NCBI GenBank assembly: GCA_001938485.1
Contig: MQRK01226661.1
Location: forward strand, 1 to 52,239
DNA from: Girardia tigrina
Taxonomy: Eukaryota
Direction: 5' to 3'
DNA: 52,239 nucleotides
The position numbers and the translations under genes are program-made. Shown one piece after another: positions 11,701 through 24,319 of this stretch (the first letter of the stretch is position 1; each line of letters opens with the position of its first letter). Below the pieces are notes generated by a model, which had not been told where the DNA came from, ran no database searches, and saw only the letters and a list, made by a program, of their open reading frames with translations.

Positions 11701-12599
11701 AAATTCAGGTAGGAAGTACAGTTTTTCATCATTAAATAATAACGGTTTCTGCCTGCATTATTCAACATATGAAAAACACTGATAATGATATTTCGATTTA
11801 CATTTCAATATATATCGATTCTTTGGGCAATTTGATGAGCCAAGATATGATAAATTCATGCGACACAAAATGAAAATTGTTAAAGCCAACCAAATAAATC
11901 TATTAGACGATTTACAGACGATAATTATTCATTTATAATTACTTTTTTGTCTTCTATTAATAGTTTTACGTCTTCCAAAAGTGAATATATTGTGATATTG
12001 GAGAATTTGACCTGTAATTTATAATTATAATGAGTCCATAAACAAATTATTTTGAATTATATGAATATAATCGGAAGGAATTCAATTTATTACTTGTTCG
12101 ACCTCGAATACAATCAATAATACCTCTAAAAATTCTATAGAAGGTGTAAAAATTATGTTTCATTAGAAATTGATTAGTTTCCAGTCTCCCTATTTCACTC
12201 ACCACAACAATTGAAGACATCTTCCATCTTTCACATAACTTACGATGACAGTATGAAAATTCATTAGAGCCACATGCAGTATTCAGAATAGTGAAGCGAA
12301 GCTAAATTTTCTCCACATATTTACATTCTGTCCTCCATGTAAACACAGCAAAGAAACAAGAAAAAACATTTTCAAAGAATAAAGAATGTACTTTAGTTTT
12401 TTTGATATGCAATCAGTAAAGATTGTATCGAAAGGAGGTTTTAGTTAGTTTCTTGGGTTTGACAAGTTATAATAGGAAATTTAAATATAATTGTCCAATA
12501 TATTCGAATGTCTTAGCAAGTATGTAAAAAAGAAAACAAATAATAAATACAAGAAATGACAGCGAAAAAGTACTGTGATCATGGCAAAATCGAAATAAG

Positions 12600-12810
12600 A
12601 ATTCCTACACCAACGACCATATTTAGCTCCTGATCACAATCTTTTCCGAAACCTGAAAAAAAATCCTTTGATGAAAGCGTATTTCATCCAAATGATGCAG
12701 TAGGGTTATTTTGCAAGCAGTCTTAATAAGGATCATTCAAACCATGGCGCAGAATTGTTCCAACAACGATCGTGTATTGACATAGAAGATTTTCTGCCTC
12801 AAGAAAATTA
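12600..12810 (+). mobile_element. Mariner transposase C-terminal relic (mirror copy at about 10835-11045 on the minus strand)
   Basis: PYLAPDHNLFRNLKK ... FHPNDAV ... YFAS ... RSCIDIE, similar to mariner PDLAPSDYHLF.NLKK ... RW.KCI. Confidence 0.6.
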
Positions 12811-14480
12811 TAGCCATTCCAATATTTAGTCTGCTTGAAATTAAAATATTTTTCGTTTCAATTCAATTTTGCAGGCGTATAATTTGTATAGTTTATAATA
12901 TGTACTATGACAATGCACAGTTTGATTGGTTTTTAATTATATTATTTATTATTAACAATTATCAGTATTTATTATTTTATAATGGCTATTATTTTATATT
13001 TTATAATAGCTAATTATTTTATATTACTTGTAGTAAATAATTAAAAAAATAAAAACTGATACTTGAAATCGCAAACATCAACTTACTTCTAATTGTCGAT
13101 AGCTTCTCCCGAGATGGTGACTCTGTAGAATAAAGTTCAAAACTTTATCCTTACTTGTTTCAACCATCTCTGCTTGACTTCTAGTCCTACGCCGTTTTGT
13201 AGGAGTGAGTGGCTTCTATAAATTATATGATTAAAAAACACTTAACATCAATATTCACTGACATTTGCGTTTAGTGGTTCGAGGGCATAGAAATTTTGGA
13301 AGCCATTAATGACAGTAAGTAACAAATCTTGGGAATATTGTTGGAAGATTCTGTTTCTTTTTCCGAGGTCTAACTGAAATTCTTTATAACTGTGCATACA
13401 GCCCTAAATTGTGAGGCATTCATTGGAATCTTAGATTAAACGATTGATCAATTTACCGTCATATATTTCGTCAGTTGAATAATGATAATATCGGTCACAT
13501 TATTGATAAAATATGGCTTAATCATTTTTCGTAATACATCTGTAAGGGGTTTAGGCTTTACTAAATCCAGTTTGTTGGTTCCCTCTGTTTTGATATCGTT
13601 GATTGAAAATCTACTCAAAGTATATTGTTAGAACTGATAGAACAAACATATTTTTTATTAATAATATTATTTAACTATTTTTAGTTATCATTTAGGAATT
13701 CAAATCTTTCGATTGATTTCGAATAACAGAAATGATAATAAAACCAAAATAACAAAGTTTTATTTTAATACAAGCAAGTTTTATTTCAAAATAATTTTTA
13801 AACGTAATTTTAATACTTCTACACTTAATTATCGCTTGATTTTCACAATATTTGTTCAATTTATTAATTTTTTTCGTACATCAGTAAAGTAAATGTTTTA
13901 AAATATTGTATTGTCATCGGAAGCAAGCCTGTATAAAAAATTCAGCTCAATTGGATGATTGAAAGTGGTCGAAAAATCAATCACAAGATTTGTTCCAGAC
14001 AGACAGACAAGAAACCAAGCTAAGAAAAACGTGGTAAAAACAATTGAAACTGAATGAATTGAATTGATGAATGAATTCATCAGATCTTGGCTCATAAAAT
14101 TGTCAACACAATCGACTTCTAAATAAATAAATATCGAAAATATTGCTGCAAAATTTTATCCTCTATTCTATTTTTCGATGACAAAAATTGTCGATAGCTC
14201 ACAATTTAATTACCTCTTATATTAAAAGAATTTTTTTAATTTAAAATTGTTTAACAAATTAAAAATTTAATAAATATTATAATATAATATATTATATTTA
14301 ATATATTTTATTTTAATAATAGTAATAAATAATTTTTATTTTGTTACTATTTAAAATTATTTTTATGAACGTCATAGTTTTTTGACAGAACCCATTGTTC
14401 CAAATCATTTTGTCATAAAAATTTCATATTATTTTTTTGTTTTCTTCTTTTTTAATATATGCAGAAAAAATTTTTCCTCA

Positions 14481-14847
14481 AATCTGGGTTCGACTATATT
14501 AGACGTGAAATATTTTTTCATTTTCAAAAACAATTTTTGGATGTCTTATACCATTTTTTAAGAATCTAGAAATAATGGAGAAAGTATGACGATAATATAT
14601 CTCTAAAAACTAATAGAAAAATTTTAATCTTATCTTAAAAACATTATTTTTATAGAAATATTTCTTAAGAAGAATCAAAATAAACGCATATTTTTTATTT
14701 TTTCTAATCTGGGTTCGACTATATTAAACGTGAAATATTTTTTCATTTTCAAAAACAATTTAAAAAAATTAATTTTTAAAAAAAATTAAAAAAATTATTT
14801 TTATAGAAATATTTCTTAAGAAGAGTCAAAATAAACGCATATTTTTT
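14481..14847 (+). repeat. Tandem duplication with internal deletion (A-B-A-B)
   Basis: aatctgggttcgactatatt...aaaacaattt at about 14481 and 14706; attatttttatagaaatatttcttaagaag...acgcatatttttt at about 14643 and 14793. Confidence 0.85.
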
Positions 14848-15239
14848 TCTGTAAAAAATCATATCTAAATTACATAAACTCATGCAAAAGATGTAAACTA
14901 TCCAAGTTAGTCGAAACGACCAAAATGACTTAAAATCAAGCAATGTTGGAGAATCCTTGGTTTTTATTGTTGATGTAAAAATCACTCGGAACCAATGTAT
15001 CAAACTTCTTAATGTACCATGAATATACTCCCTTTCCGCAGGAAATTCTGTTGACATTTGTTGAGGATCTTCCGGAATAACTGATTTAGCGATTCTTACC
15101 ACAATCTAATGGATATTCAGATAGAACTTTGTTTCATTTTTGATTTTCAAAAACAGATACCGAGTTTCAAGGTATATTTATTTATTTTATATCTTCAAGG
15201 TATATTTCTTCTTTTAGTTACGAAAATAAATTCTTACAA

Positions 15240-15480
15240 CTTTTGTTTTTCAATGGCATCTTTAAGTTGCTGCAATGCATTTGGCCTCTCTGTATATACT
15301 AGATCCTTCAAAAGGCCTCATTGAAAGAAATTCATGGGGCTAAGATCTGGAGACCTGGAAGAACAAGCTATTGTCCGCATCTTCCAACCCTATGATGTGG
15401 CAAATTTCGATCCAAAAATGTTCTCACCGCTTTGAGTAATGCGCTGGGGCTGCATCTTGCTAAAATGTTGTTCTTGAATA
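15240..15480 (-). mobile_element. DD41D (rosa-like) Tc1/mariner transposase C-terminal fragment
   Basis: F*QDAAPAHY...FLDRNLPHHRVGRCG...SRSPDLSPMNFFQ*GLLKDLVY. Confidence 0.8.
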
Positions 15481-16331
15481 ACAAAAAGATTTAGGAACTA
15501 CAGACTGAGAAATACTTTCTGAAATTGAACAACTTAAAAATAAAGCAAAACAGAAGAAAAAGTAAAACAAAGAAATCTAACACCAAAGCAGTCTTCAACA
15601 TAGCTGTAGTAACGAAATAATATTTTAATATTTTGTTCAAATAAGTCTTTTTCAGTTTCTTTTTAACTAAGTATTTAGCGACTGATTTCTTAATTAAATA
15701 TTCTCAGGTCCATCGAATAGAGATATTTTCCATTTCATTTCTCTACACATTCTAATAAAATACTATTTATCAGCATCTATTATTCAGTCTAATCTTATTT
15801 TTCCCTTCTTTATATGTTCTTGCTTTTGTGTCATAATGTACCGTGTCCAGTATAATTTTGCAATTTTAACCCACTTTCCATGATGCTATGGAGCTGAACT
15901 TTTATGGTAGTTGTATTTTGCTCTAACGTATCGATTGAACAAATCAAATGCATTCAATAAGAAGGGGTTTTTAAATTCTTTTTAATGTTTTATATTATTA
16001 CAGTTTTTTTAAACATTTGCTTTTGGTTAATGAAATAATTGTCATTGAAAAAAATGTTGACTTGATTCCTGTAGATACTCAGGAAACATAAAGTACTTGA
16101 GGTGATTACTTACAAAGCAACCGCGAGAATAATTCTGTCCAAGGAGATAATAACATATGAAGCTTACGGTAAAATTAAATAAATGTGCATTGATGATCGC
16201 ATTTAACCCGTAATCCAGATTACACTCCAAATGATGATCCTTATTTAACGGTAATCACTGTCAAACCTTACGAAAAAATCAACATGTACGAGCTAATCGA
16301 TGATCTAATCGATGAGTTCCGGTTTCAGTGC

Positions 16332-16886
16332 TTATCTAAAATGAAAGAGATTTCCTTTGAAATGACTAAATGAAAGAGATTTCCTTTGTATTTTGATGGA
16401 ATTCTCTAATATATTGAAATTAATATGTAAAAAGCATAATTTATTCGTGGTCTCTGTCTTAAACTTTTTCATTTCTGTAATTTTTTGTTTCTCACTAAAA
16501 GATAATAAGTAATTAATTTCAAACGTTCCCGTGTCCTCTAATAACCACTTAAGGTCAAACAAAATATTTCTAGAATTCCTAATTATGGAAATGAGTGTGG
16601 ACCATGTTCTTTGTGAATACTTTTTAAATAATTGTTCATGGAAAAAGACTTTAGTACTTTCAGTCTCTAAATTTAAAAATAAAGCATTAAATGAAAAACT
16701 GTAATGAGGAAAAGATGGAAAATGGATTTGACGAGAATCAAATGAATTTTGGTTAAAAACTTTAACAAAATTCTTATTTACAAAATCAATACATTCACAA
16801 AATGTAGAGATAATTTTTTTGAAAATAAATTGGTATTGATCGAATATCATTTCCTCGACATTCGTGATATAAAGATGTTCTTTCAT
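16332..16886 (-). CDS. Hypothetical 184-aa protein or exon
   Basis: ATG-initiated ORF that is long for such AT-rich DNA; no recognisable motif. Confidence 0.35.
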   Translation of the reverse strand: MKEHLYITNVEEMIFDQYQFIFKKIISTFCECIDFVNKNFVKVFNQNSFDSRQIHFPSFPHYSFSFNALFLNLETESTKVFFHEQLFKKYSQRTWSTLISIIRNSRNILFDLKWLLEDTGTFEINYLLSFSEKQKITEMKKFKTETTNKLCFLHINFNILENSIKIQRKSLSFSHFKGNLFHFR

Positions 16887-16892
16887 GAGACC

Positions 16893-17030
16893 TGTAACAA
16901 CGAATCACAAATCTATAAAATTTAATTTTCACTAACAAATACTTTTTCAATAGATATTATTTAAACAAATAATTATCCATATTTTTTCATGTTAAATATT
17001 TCATTTAAGAAATAAATTTAACATGTAACA
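16893..17030 (-). repeat. Short (138 bp) 3' LTR of the Gypsy-like element
   Basis: On the minus strand, PPT GGGGGGAG (17031-17038) is immediately followed by TGTTACA...; the LTR ends ...GTTACA (TG...CA). Confidence 0.65.
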
Positions 17031-17185
17031 CTCCCCCCAGATTCTTCGTCACAAGAATCTATATCTACTACATACTCGTTCAAATAATTCGGTTTTCGTC
17101 TTTCTCTTTGGGGTCTGTTGCTGATTCCGGATTCACTTTGCTTAACACTCGGAGCTGATTCGTTGTTATTTTCCAACATGTAATC

Positions 17186-18217
17186 CTAATAAGAGTTTTG
17201 CTGCAGGTCTGGTTGTCTTGGTCGAATATCTGCTATATGCCGTAGACCGCAAAAACCATTACAATTTATTAAGTACTTTCTTTGATCCAATTTTCTAACG
17301 ACAACGCCTCTTCTCCATTGCTTTGTACATAGCATATTATTTTCAGACTTTACCCAGACTAACTGTTGCTCTATGAAGTCTGTCTTTTCCTTAATGTAAA
17401 CCGGCTCCTTTTCAATTCTTTCGATTATCTCCAAACTGACTGGAATGTACTTGTAAAGTGCTGAACCAGGTGTCTCGTTTCCGTCGGACGGTGTATTGTT
17501 ATACCACCATAAGGCTTCCATGATACTGATATTCGATCGAGACGCAATTCTCTTGATTGTCTTATGATTTCTCTCTATTATTCCGTTGCAATTTGGTCGA
17601 TTAATAGCGCGGTATANNNNNNNNNNNNNNNNNNNNNNNNNNNNNNNNNNNNNNNNNNNNNNNNNNNNNNNNNNNNNNNNNNNNNNNNNNNNNNNNNNNN
17701 NNNNNNNNNNNNNGCAGAACAAATTTGAAAACTCTGTAACAATCGACTTGACATCCTCAGCTTTGATTAGTTTCCATACTGCAAATCGAGAGGGTCCACA
17801 ATCAATGATACTTAAGAATTTTGGTTGATCAAATTTTGTGACATCCGCTGCAAGTCTTGTCCAGTTTTCATTGACAGTTAATTTTCCAGTTTCCCATTTT
17901 ATTGGTGCCGGATCAATAGATTGACAACTTTGACACTTCGAGATCAAATCCTTTATATCCGCATGTGACACATTTATTTCCAACTTATCGCACAGATATC
18001 GCATTCCCTTTGCACCTAAGTGACATCTGTCATGAAGTTTCTGTAGTTTGAATATGTCATCTATTACAGACAAAAGGCATCTGCTTCGTTTTAATTGTTT
18101 GGGTATTCTTGTCAGTTCATCAGCCTTATTGTCTTCACTATTAACAAACTCAATTTTCAAAGTTATTTCGTATTCCTGGCACAACTCCTTAATCATTGAC
18201 AATCGGCGCTTTATCAA
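17186..18217 (-). CDS. End of RNase H plus integrase (spans an N-gap)
   Basis: HHCC motif, DDE core and C-terminal GPY/F-like region (WRRGVV...RHIADIRP). Confidence 0.85.
   Translation of the reverse strand: MIKRRLSMIKELCQEYEITLKIEFVNSEDNKADELTRIPKQLKRSRCLLSVIDDIFKLQKLHDRCHLGAKGMRYLCDKLEINVSHADIKDLISKCQSCQSIDPAPIKWETGKLTVNENWTRLAADVTKFDQPKFLSIIDCGPSRFAVWKLIKAEDVKSIVTEFSNLFCXXXXXXXXXXXXXXXXXXXXXXXXXXXXXXXXXYRAINRPNCNGIIERNHKTIKRIASRSNISIMEALWWYNNTPSDGNETPGSALYKYIPVSLEIIERIEKEPVYIKEKTDFIEQQLVWVKSENNMLCTKQWRRGVVVRKLDQRKYLINCNGFCGLRHIADIRPRQPDLQQNSY
17617..17713. other. Assembly gap (N run)
   Basis: Run of n. Confidence 1.
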
Positions 18218-18361
18218 AAGCTCGAAAAAGGCTTTCGTGTGAAATTTATTTCGCTCTGATAGTGCCTCAGTTATCCAAGAAACAACTGATTTGTTATCTG
18301 ATTTTACTACAACATTCGTTAGTCCCCATTTAATACACAGATTTAGACCCTTTACAACTGC

Positions 18362-18400
18362 NNNNNNNNNNNNNNNNNNNNNNNNNNNNNNNNNNNNNNN
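18362..18400. other. Assembly gap (N run)
   Basis: Run of n. Confidence 1.
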
Positions 18401-19862
18401 TTTTCCTTAACCACGATGCGTCTTCTATAATATTTCCTTTAACTTCCAATGCTGCCCCAATGGCTATCGAACTGGCATCACACCATATGATGCCGTCTTT
18501 ACAATCATCAATACTCCATTTTTCTCTACAAGGATCTTCCTCCTTAACTTTTTTCAAAACAAATTTGATTTTCTCGAATAATTCGACATCTATTTTCACA
18601 TCCCATTTTCCTTCACTGAGCCTTTTCATGTAGGAGCATGATGGACGTAGCCAACCTGCAACAGGGTGGATTCCTACTAATTGGCCACACAGCGAATATA
18701 ACTCGCGACGCGATATTGATTCGGCAACTATCTCGTCCATGAAATGATTATCTCTCATCCATCTCACCGAATTCTTATCCTTAAAGACTTTAACTCCCAA
18801 CACTCGCACCTCTTTATCCATTGAGAGATTTTCTGGTTTTTTACATTTAAGACTAAATTTCTCGAACAGCATTCTAATTTCGTCAACTGTGATTGTAGAT
18901 CAGTTGTAGATTGTGCTCTAGGATCAGAATTTAAAATCCACTTGACAATTTCAGTCATAATGGTCGGAGCGATATTTAAACCAAAGCCCATCCTGGTTAG
19001 AGCGTACTTTTTTTCCATTAATGACACGTGATTGATAACGCCACATTTCCTTGTGAACGCGAATCTGCATATACGCCTCTGATAAATCAAGCATGGAAAA
19101 TTTTGATCCTTTTCGCCGCCAGGTGCGAAGTTTTTCCAAACATATATCTGCTGAGCCACTGTACACGTCTACATAATTGTTTAATTTCTTAAAATCAAAG
19201 ATCGGTCTTATCTTTGATTTGTTAACTTGCAATATTCCAAATATGGCTATAGATCCTATCGATTTACCCATTTCCTGCTCGTCATAATCCATTAAATAAC
19301 CCTTCTTCATGCACTCCTCAAGGATTTTCATTGTAGCTATGTCTTTCGATTTGTCATCCTTAAAGATCGAATGTCGAATTGGTAGATAAATAGGCTATTC
19401 ATCTTTCCACTTTCATTTAACCGTCCAATTATCCTTAAATTCAATCTCATAATTGTGTTTGTCCAGGCTAACTCTTGCACAACACCCGTGACACAACTCA
19501 TATTGTCACCAGCCTTCTTTAGTCCTTCTCCTACACACACACCAAATTCGATAACACCCTTATTAATTTTCACACCCCCAAGTTCACTTATAACATCCAT
19601 ACCAATTAAAATTCCCAAATTAAGTATTTCATGACAGCACATTCTACTTTCATATTTCTATTGTCTATAGTCAATTCACATCACTAATCCCCACACATAT
19701 ATCATCGCCATTAGTCAAAACAATTCTTTGCTCATTTGACTGTAACAAGTTTCCCTTGATCAACCCTTTCAAAACAGCAGCTTTTGAGCAACCCGAATCT
19801 ATCAACGCTGTAACCGACTTTTTGTTAACAATGACAGTCATGGTTGGCAGCGCCGGAAATGT

Positions 19863-19907
19863 CAGAGGGAGAGAGCCGGCGCCTACAAACTCCCCTGTCC
19901 GTTTCCC
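19863..19907 (-). promoter_or_regulatory. -1 frameshift signal (G GGA AAC plus stem-loop) between gag and protease
   Basis: GGGAAAC at 19901-19907 in gag frame (S-G-N). The -1 frame reads VGKRTGEF into LIDSGC. Downstream stem caggggag/ctccctctg. Confidence 0.8.
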
Positions 19908-20401
19908 GACTTGCAATATTTTGCAATATGTCCAACTTGCTTACATTTATAGCAAATTATTTGTCCATTAGATTGCCGCTGAGAATTTTCATAACGGTTT
20001 ACCCTTGTTTGTACCAGATTTCCGTCATGTGGCATACGGGGTTTTGTAAAGGAACTCCTTCTACCACCACTGACCTCACCTCGTTCTTTAGAAACGATCT
20101 TGCCATCACCAACGTTTTGTACCACTGACATTGAACTTTGTGTGACGCATTTTTTAATTCCTAAATACCTGCGACTATATTCAACCATTTCGGTTAAATC
20201 TTGATCGCCGGCCTGCTCTAAATTCAATTGCAACTCGAACGGCAATCCAGCCATAAAGGCCGCCTTGGTCAGATCGTCGATTTTTGATGCCAACATCTTT
20301 ACTTGAGAAACGTAATCGTCAATAGTTTGTCCTTCGTAATATTTCAAATTAATCAGTTGACTGTATGCAGATCGTCTGGTTAATCCGAATGAATTGTCCA
20401 A
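19883..20401 (-). CDS. gag: Gag C-terminal part with CCHC knuckle
   Basis: AFMAGLP and CYKCKQVGHIAKYC. Confidence 0.85.
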   Translation of the reverse strand: MDNSFGLTRRSAYSQLINLKYYEGQTIDDYVSQVKMLASKIDDLTKAAFMAGLPFELQLNLEQAGDQDLTEMVEYSRRYLGIKKCVTQSSMSVVQNVGDGKIVSKERGEVSGGRRSSFTKPRMPHDGNLVQTRVNRYENSQRQSNGQIICYKCKQVGHIAKYCKSGNGQGSL

Positions 20402-20499
20402 GATTTACAGTACTTCTTCACAGTTGCTCTGTTTCTTTTCATCCAATTCCATGTATATATTTAACGGAACATCAGTGAACAAAAAAGGAAGATATGGGG

Positions 20500-21385
20500 C
20501 CGGATCCAAAAACATCATTGTCTTCTGTCATCACTGTCGCTAAATTGTCGTTGGTTGTAAACGTTTCCTCGGTAATTATTATTTACCATCCTTTGCTGGT
20601 CAAGCCTTTTATACAATCTAATCATCATTATGTCCTCTACTTTGACACATTTTTCAAAAAATGTTCGGACAGATTTTTCATACATAATCTTGCTGTCAAC
20701 AACCATTACATCTGGTTAGTTTTCTTTTCGCACAGTCTCGTATAAAGTAACCCTCTTTTCCACATCCGAAACATCTTCTTGGTTCTCGTTGTATATTCAG
20801 CTCCTCTGTATCACTTTTCCAGTTTTGACTTCTGTCCACTTTATCAGGAATATATCTGTTGGTATGTGCGCCACCAACTCTTATTGGATGTTGTTATCAG
20901 TTACATCTTCTTTATAACTTGTAGTTCCACTGCTCATTCTGTAATCTCTTACTGTGTTTATCTATTTTACCACATTTTTAACATCGTGTACAGTTTTAAT
21001 CTGCTCTTTTATTTCCTTAACTCTCTTTATCGATGTCATCACAATAGTTCATAAATAATCTTTCCATTATATTCTCTTTTGGTATACTATGCTGCATGAT
21101 TCTTTCTGCGAACTTTTCCATTTCGTAATACCGTCCTTCATTCTATACCGGCACGCTTCTGACCAATCCTCAAATTGGGAGGATGTCTGCTCAAAGGCTT
21201 TTTGTAATCGGTTTTTAAAATCTGTTACAGACTTGTTCACGGCCCTAAACTTTTCTTTCGCGTCTCTGTCCAACAGACATAAGGCAATGATCTCCTGGTT
21301 CTGCTTTGTAACTCCCGCCAATTGGAAGAACGTTTCACATTCCACTATGAACGTTTTCACATTGTCACCTTTCTTGAATTTTTAG
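20500..21385 (-). mobile_element. Gag fragment related to the 5.7-6.8 kb Gypsy gag
   Basis: FIVECETFFQLAGV...FKNRLQKAFEQ...EDW aligns with FISCCRRYFEAAEI...FEDQLRLAFEK...TDW; degenerate knuckle CFGCGKEGYFIRDC near 20730-20775. Confidence 0.75.
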
Positions 21386-22513
21386 GGAAGCTATTGATTG
21401 TTATTTTAATTGCGAAGCATGAGTCAGTGATTTTAGTAAGAAGAGAACATTAAAGACTTAAATGGAAAAATATTCCAACCGAAAAAAAGTATTAGAAGCA
21501 TCTTCAAAAAGTTTGAAGAAACAGGAAGCGTTCTAAATGCCCCAAAATCTGGAAGACCACAAATTGACGATGAAAAGAAAAATGAGATAGCAGAACATTT
21601 TAAGCAAGAACCCCAGTATTCTATCAGGAAATCGTTGTCAACTCTGAATTGCTCTTATGGAACTGTTCAAAAAGTATTACGAAACGACTTTAAAATGTAC
21701 CGCTACAGAATTCAAGCCACGCAATTTTTGTATGAAGAAGATTGCGCTCTTAGACGTCTTATGTGTGAAACGTTAATTCAGTAGATAGATGCAGATGAAA
21801 ATTTTCTTAGTAACCTGATATTCTCTGATGAGTCAACTTTCCATCTTAAAGGCATTGTAAACGGACATAACTGTCGCATTTGGGGCACTGAAACACCAAC
21901 TAAAACATATCAGATGTCACAGGCTAGTGAAAAAGTTAATGTTTGGATGGGGTTGTCTTTAACTCTTGTTTATGAGCCCTTTTTATTGAAGAAAACATAA
22001 CAGCGGCGCTTTACCTGGATATGTTAAAAAGTTGCTTTATGTCATTGTTATCAAGAACATGCAAACGGAAAGCTGTGTTCCAGCAAGATGGAGTATCTGC
22101 TCATTATTCACTGATTGTGCGTCAATTTCTGGATGAAGCGTTTCCAAAACTTTGGCTCGGACGATGTGGTCCATATGTATGGCCGGCCACGTCATCTGAT
22201 TTGACACCACTCGATTTTTTTGTGTGGGGGTATTTGAAAAAGGAAGTTTATAAGAGAAAACCAGAAACAATTCAGTAACTTAAATATTTTATTTGTCAAG
22301 AAGCGGCAAAAATAGATGGTGAAATGTGCAAAAATGCCATTAAGTCTTTTCATGGATGTCTTAAACATTATATTGATGTTGATGGTTATTCTATTGAATA
22401 TTATTAAATTTTAATAAATGCTTTTTTGTTATTTAAAACCATTTTTTTCATAATGTTTTGCCAAAAAAAGTTAATGCGGTTTAAAACCTGGTAGTTACTT
22501 TATGATCACTCTG
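21386..22513 (+). mobile_element. DD41D (rosa/Visitor) Tc1/mariner transposon, 5'-truncated pseudogene
   Basis: KKFEETGSV, IFSDESTFHL..VNGHNCRIWG, FQQDG-(41 aa)-TPLDFFVWGYLK. The 3' TIR ends ...atcactctg followed by TA. Confidence 0.9.
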
Positions 22514-22519
22514 TATTTA

Positions 22520-23159
22520 CGGGCGTCTGCGGGCTGCATTCTTTTTGTCAAAAATAGTGACCCTAAAACTATTCACGTCGATTGATGATTATGTTGCCAT
22601 TGTGAAACCTCCGAGGTACACTGACATCATCGAATCTCTGTTGCCACCAAATGATGAAACCGTGAATGACCTTTCTGATGATCTCAGTTCCTGTGATGCA
22701 AATGAACAAATACCATCACACACTGAAACTCTTAAAATGCTACATAAAGTCCGCCTCTACCTGTTAATGCATTCATCCTCCGCATATGATTTCCGAAATT
22801 TAGACAATTTACTATTTTCTGTCATCACCGCGGCATTCAACAGTAAAACGTAAACTACACTCGATAGTTTTGTAACACACCACAAATTTACACTTTTCTT
22901 TACTCAATGTTGTGTTATATCTAAGCGTTGTCCTCTAACTTTTATAAATAAAATGTTCGGTATGCCGCTTAGTGTTTTGGTTTGATTGATTGAGGCGATT
23001 CCTATAATGAGAACTGCTAGTCGATATAGCTGCATGTTTAAATATTATTTTAGATAGTTACACTTGTACGTTCCATTTTCGGGAAATTGGATATTATGAA
23101 ATTCGGTTATAATAATTGTTTTCTGACAAAAGGCGTTTTATTATATCCAGAAGTTACTG
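22520..23159 (+). mobile_element. Pogo/Tigger-like transposon 3' fragment
   Basis: Acidic C-terminal tail (IDDYV...TDIIESL...PSHTETLKMLHKVRLYL) and terminus ...ttattatatccagaagttactg followed by TA. Confidence 0.6.
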
Positions 23160-24319
23160 TAATTTAATCGTCACAATAACCAAAAATATTTAAAAAAATT
23201 ACAGTCATTTTATTGTCATAGGAAAAATATATTATCGAAACAATTTTATTAAATATTACGATTGAATCAATTAAAGAAAGAAATGTTTTTATCAGAAATA
23301 TTTACAAATATATTCGAGTTCTTTCTATGGTGACTTTAAGTTATTTTGATCTTGGTTTAAAACATTTGAAATTTGCTATAGTTGAATTGTTAAATTGATG
23401 TTTTATGATTAAATTTTTGTGATCGATTCTTAACTCCTTAACCCACTAACAACAACAACACTAATAAAAATACATAATTTCTTTCTCTTTAATTTCGACA
23501 ATTAATAAAAATTAAATTAATGATATAAATATTTTTATTCACGTTGATTTCATGAATAGACTTGTCAATTAATTTTTATGTAAAAAAAAATCTCAAAAAT
23601 AAACTGGCGAATCACCGGCTTAATGGCTTAGTGCAAAAATGAAATTGACCGGAGTTTTGCCGGCTTTGTGTTGCGATACGTTAATGCACAGTTCTATATT
23701 ATACGCTCGAGTTAACTCAAACGTGAGAGTTAGGGATTAATGAAAAAAATGAATTTTCTGATTGAATGAAATATGTTAAAATTTGAAATTTTTGTTTTGC
23801 CTTTTAATTGAGGTGATTTTTGTCCATGAAATTTAAAAGTTTAAAGTTTTCATGTTAAAAAGTAAAAGATTTTCGATTTTTAATTGTTATACGAATATTT
23901 TTTTCAAATACGAAAGTTATGATCATTACAGTCAATGATACAGATGACACCTAAGGAATCTTGAAAAAAGATATTAAAACAAAAGTACAAAAGCGAAGTG
24001 TGGGCAATTTTTTTGAATGGTGTTTATTGTATGTTGTTTGGTATGTTATTTTAGGATTGTGTTTCTCCCACCTAGATAGAAAATTAATATTTTAAATTTT
24101 TAAAATGTCGGATTATTTAATCAATTTTAAAATTTAAACAATTAACTTTAAAAATAAATTAATATGTATCATAAATAATATATTTAAAATAAATAAAAAT
24201 AATTTTTTATTTAAATTATAAATTATTTTGTAATCGAATTGTAAATTAAATTGCAATTTAAATTTGTTTGAATGATAAGATGTTAAGAAAGATTATTAAA
24301 AAATTATCAATCAAGAACG

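Larger units (their letters stand above)
10000..13646. repeat. Long inverted repeat: arms 10000-11368 and 12279-13646, spacer 910 bp
   Basis: The arms are reverse complements throughout, with scattered substitutions and small indels. Confidence 0.97.
16893..20495 (-). mobile_element. Gypsy-like LTR retrotransposon (gag-PR-RT-RH-INT-PPT-LTR), 5'-truncated and degraded
   Basis: Gag CYKCKQVGHIAKYC; protease LIDSGC; RT IRPIFDFKKLN, LDLSEAYMQI, RMGFGLNIAP; RNase H WCDASS; integrase HDRCH..CQSC, AADVT, IIDCGPSRF, NGIIERNH. Confidence 0.93.

Noticed and set aside
13898-15102. Short ORFs and exon-like pieces as named host genes (also about 31.5-32.0 kb and 36.2-36.8 kb)
   Set aside because: No recognisable motifs and several in-frame stops; they cannot be assigned.
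7181-21385. Plus-strand ORFs such as 7181-7678, 19756-19971 and 21089-21385
   Set aside because: Antisense shadows of retrotransposon genes.
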